The notes below the pieces were generated by a model. It searched no databases. It saw only the letters and a program-made list of their open reading frames with translations, and was not told the DNA's origin. Positions 63,106 to 64,000 of a DNA stretch of 64,000 bases are shown here, piece after piece. Position numbers and translations under genes: made by a program. Position 1 is the stretch's first letter, and the number at the start of each line of letters is the position of its first letter. The stretch lies in assembly GCF_009834535.1 (NCBI RefSeq), contig NC_045697.1, positions 25,236,001 to 25,300,000 on the forward strand. Reading direction: 5' to 3'. The stretch comes from Camelus ferus (lineage: Eukaryota).

Positions 63106-63775
63106 TGTGGCTGGCTCATTTCACTCATTAATGTCCTCCAGGTTCATCCCTGTTGTCACAAGTGGTGGAGTTTTCTCCTTTTTATAAGGCTGAATAACAT
63201 TCCACTGTATGTATGTTCCACGTTTTCTTTATCCATTCACCTGTCAATAGACACTTGAGTTGTTTTCATATCTTGACTGTTGTCACTAATATTGCAATGA
63301 ACATGGGAGTGCAGATGGCTCCTTCATATTCCTTTGGATTTTTACCCATTGATTCCACATACTTGGAAATCTAAGGTAGTCAAACTCTTAGAAGCAGAGA
63401 ATACAGTACCAGTTGCCATAGGTAAGGTGTTGAGAGAAATAGGGTGTTATACTTCCATGGGTAAAAAATTTCTTACACTAGACAAATAATTTCTAGAGAT
63501 CTGCTATAAAACATGCCTACAGTTACAACATGGTATTGTGCACTTCAAAATTTGTTAAGAGGGTAACTCTTTATGTTGTGTTCTTACCCAGAGACAAACA
63601 AAAAGCGAAGGATGCAGGAAACTCTGTGAGGTACTGGATGTGTCTACCACCTTGATTGCGGTGATGGTATCATGGGTGTTTACCTACGTGCAAACTCATC
63701 AGACTGTGCACATTAAACATGTACATTTATTTGTATATCAATTATATCTCAACAAAGCTGTTAAAAATAAAATGT
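63106..63775 (+). mobile_element. 5'-inverted L1 (L1MA10/MB1-like)
   Basis: Antisense segment 63106-63348 joined to sense 3'UTR 63349-63775; TSD-like GAAAATGGC (63097-63105) / GAATATGGC (63776-63784). Confidence 0.85.
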
Positions 63776-64000
63776 GAATATGGCGGGGCTCCAACACAGA
63801 ACCACTTAACTCAGAGCCTAAAGAGGTAGATCGAGGTCTGTTTTTTTATGCGACACTGGTAATTCATATACAGAGTCAACCTAAATTAAATATGATCTCA
63901 TTAATTTTTCTTTAGGATTTGACTTAATAATTAAACTGTTAAAATATATTTGTTGATATATATCACAGAAAGAAATATTTTCATTTATAAATATGGTATG

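Noticed and set aside
1..64000. ORF-track entries as host protein-coding genes
   Set aside because: All are 157 aa or shorter, many start at non-ATG codons, many overlap repeats or microsatellites, and none resembles a cellular protein I recognise.

Overview
AT-rich mammalian genomic DNA, either intergenic or deep intronic. It is probably camelid: the young L1 3' ends at 10112-10525 and 27191-27345 resemble camelid L1 as I recall it, and I saw no Alu, Bov-A/BovB, PRE1, CanSINE or ERE SINEs. I recognise no host protein-coding exon, RNA gene or CRISPR array; the short ORFs are chance or repeat-derived. Much of the window is decayed transposable elements (L1, L2, MIR, MLT1, MLT2, MER58, ERV LTRs). 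The dominant structure is a nested provirus at ~42.7-50.1 kb. A class I (ERV9/HERV-W-like) provirus lies on the minus strand at 43426-48973, with GGAG target-site duplication (TSD), a tRNA-Arg primer-binding site (PBS) and degenerate RT-RNaseH-IN; its gag/pro and env are deleted. It is inserted antisense into the gag remnant of an older class III-like element that retains an env TM remnant. The inner provirus has two discordant LTRs, one CpG-rich with GC boxes. Other points of interest are a MER41-like solo LTR with a GAS motif nested in another LTR, two 5'-inverted L1s, an unexplained GC-rich 3'UTR-like island and several candidate enhancers. I cannot support a new functional system; the best leads are LTR exaptation hypotheses. 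Repeat family names are from recall of consensus sequences, and boundaries of old repeats are approximate.
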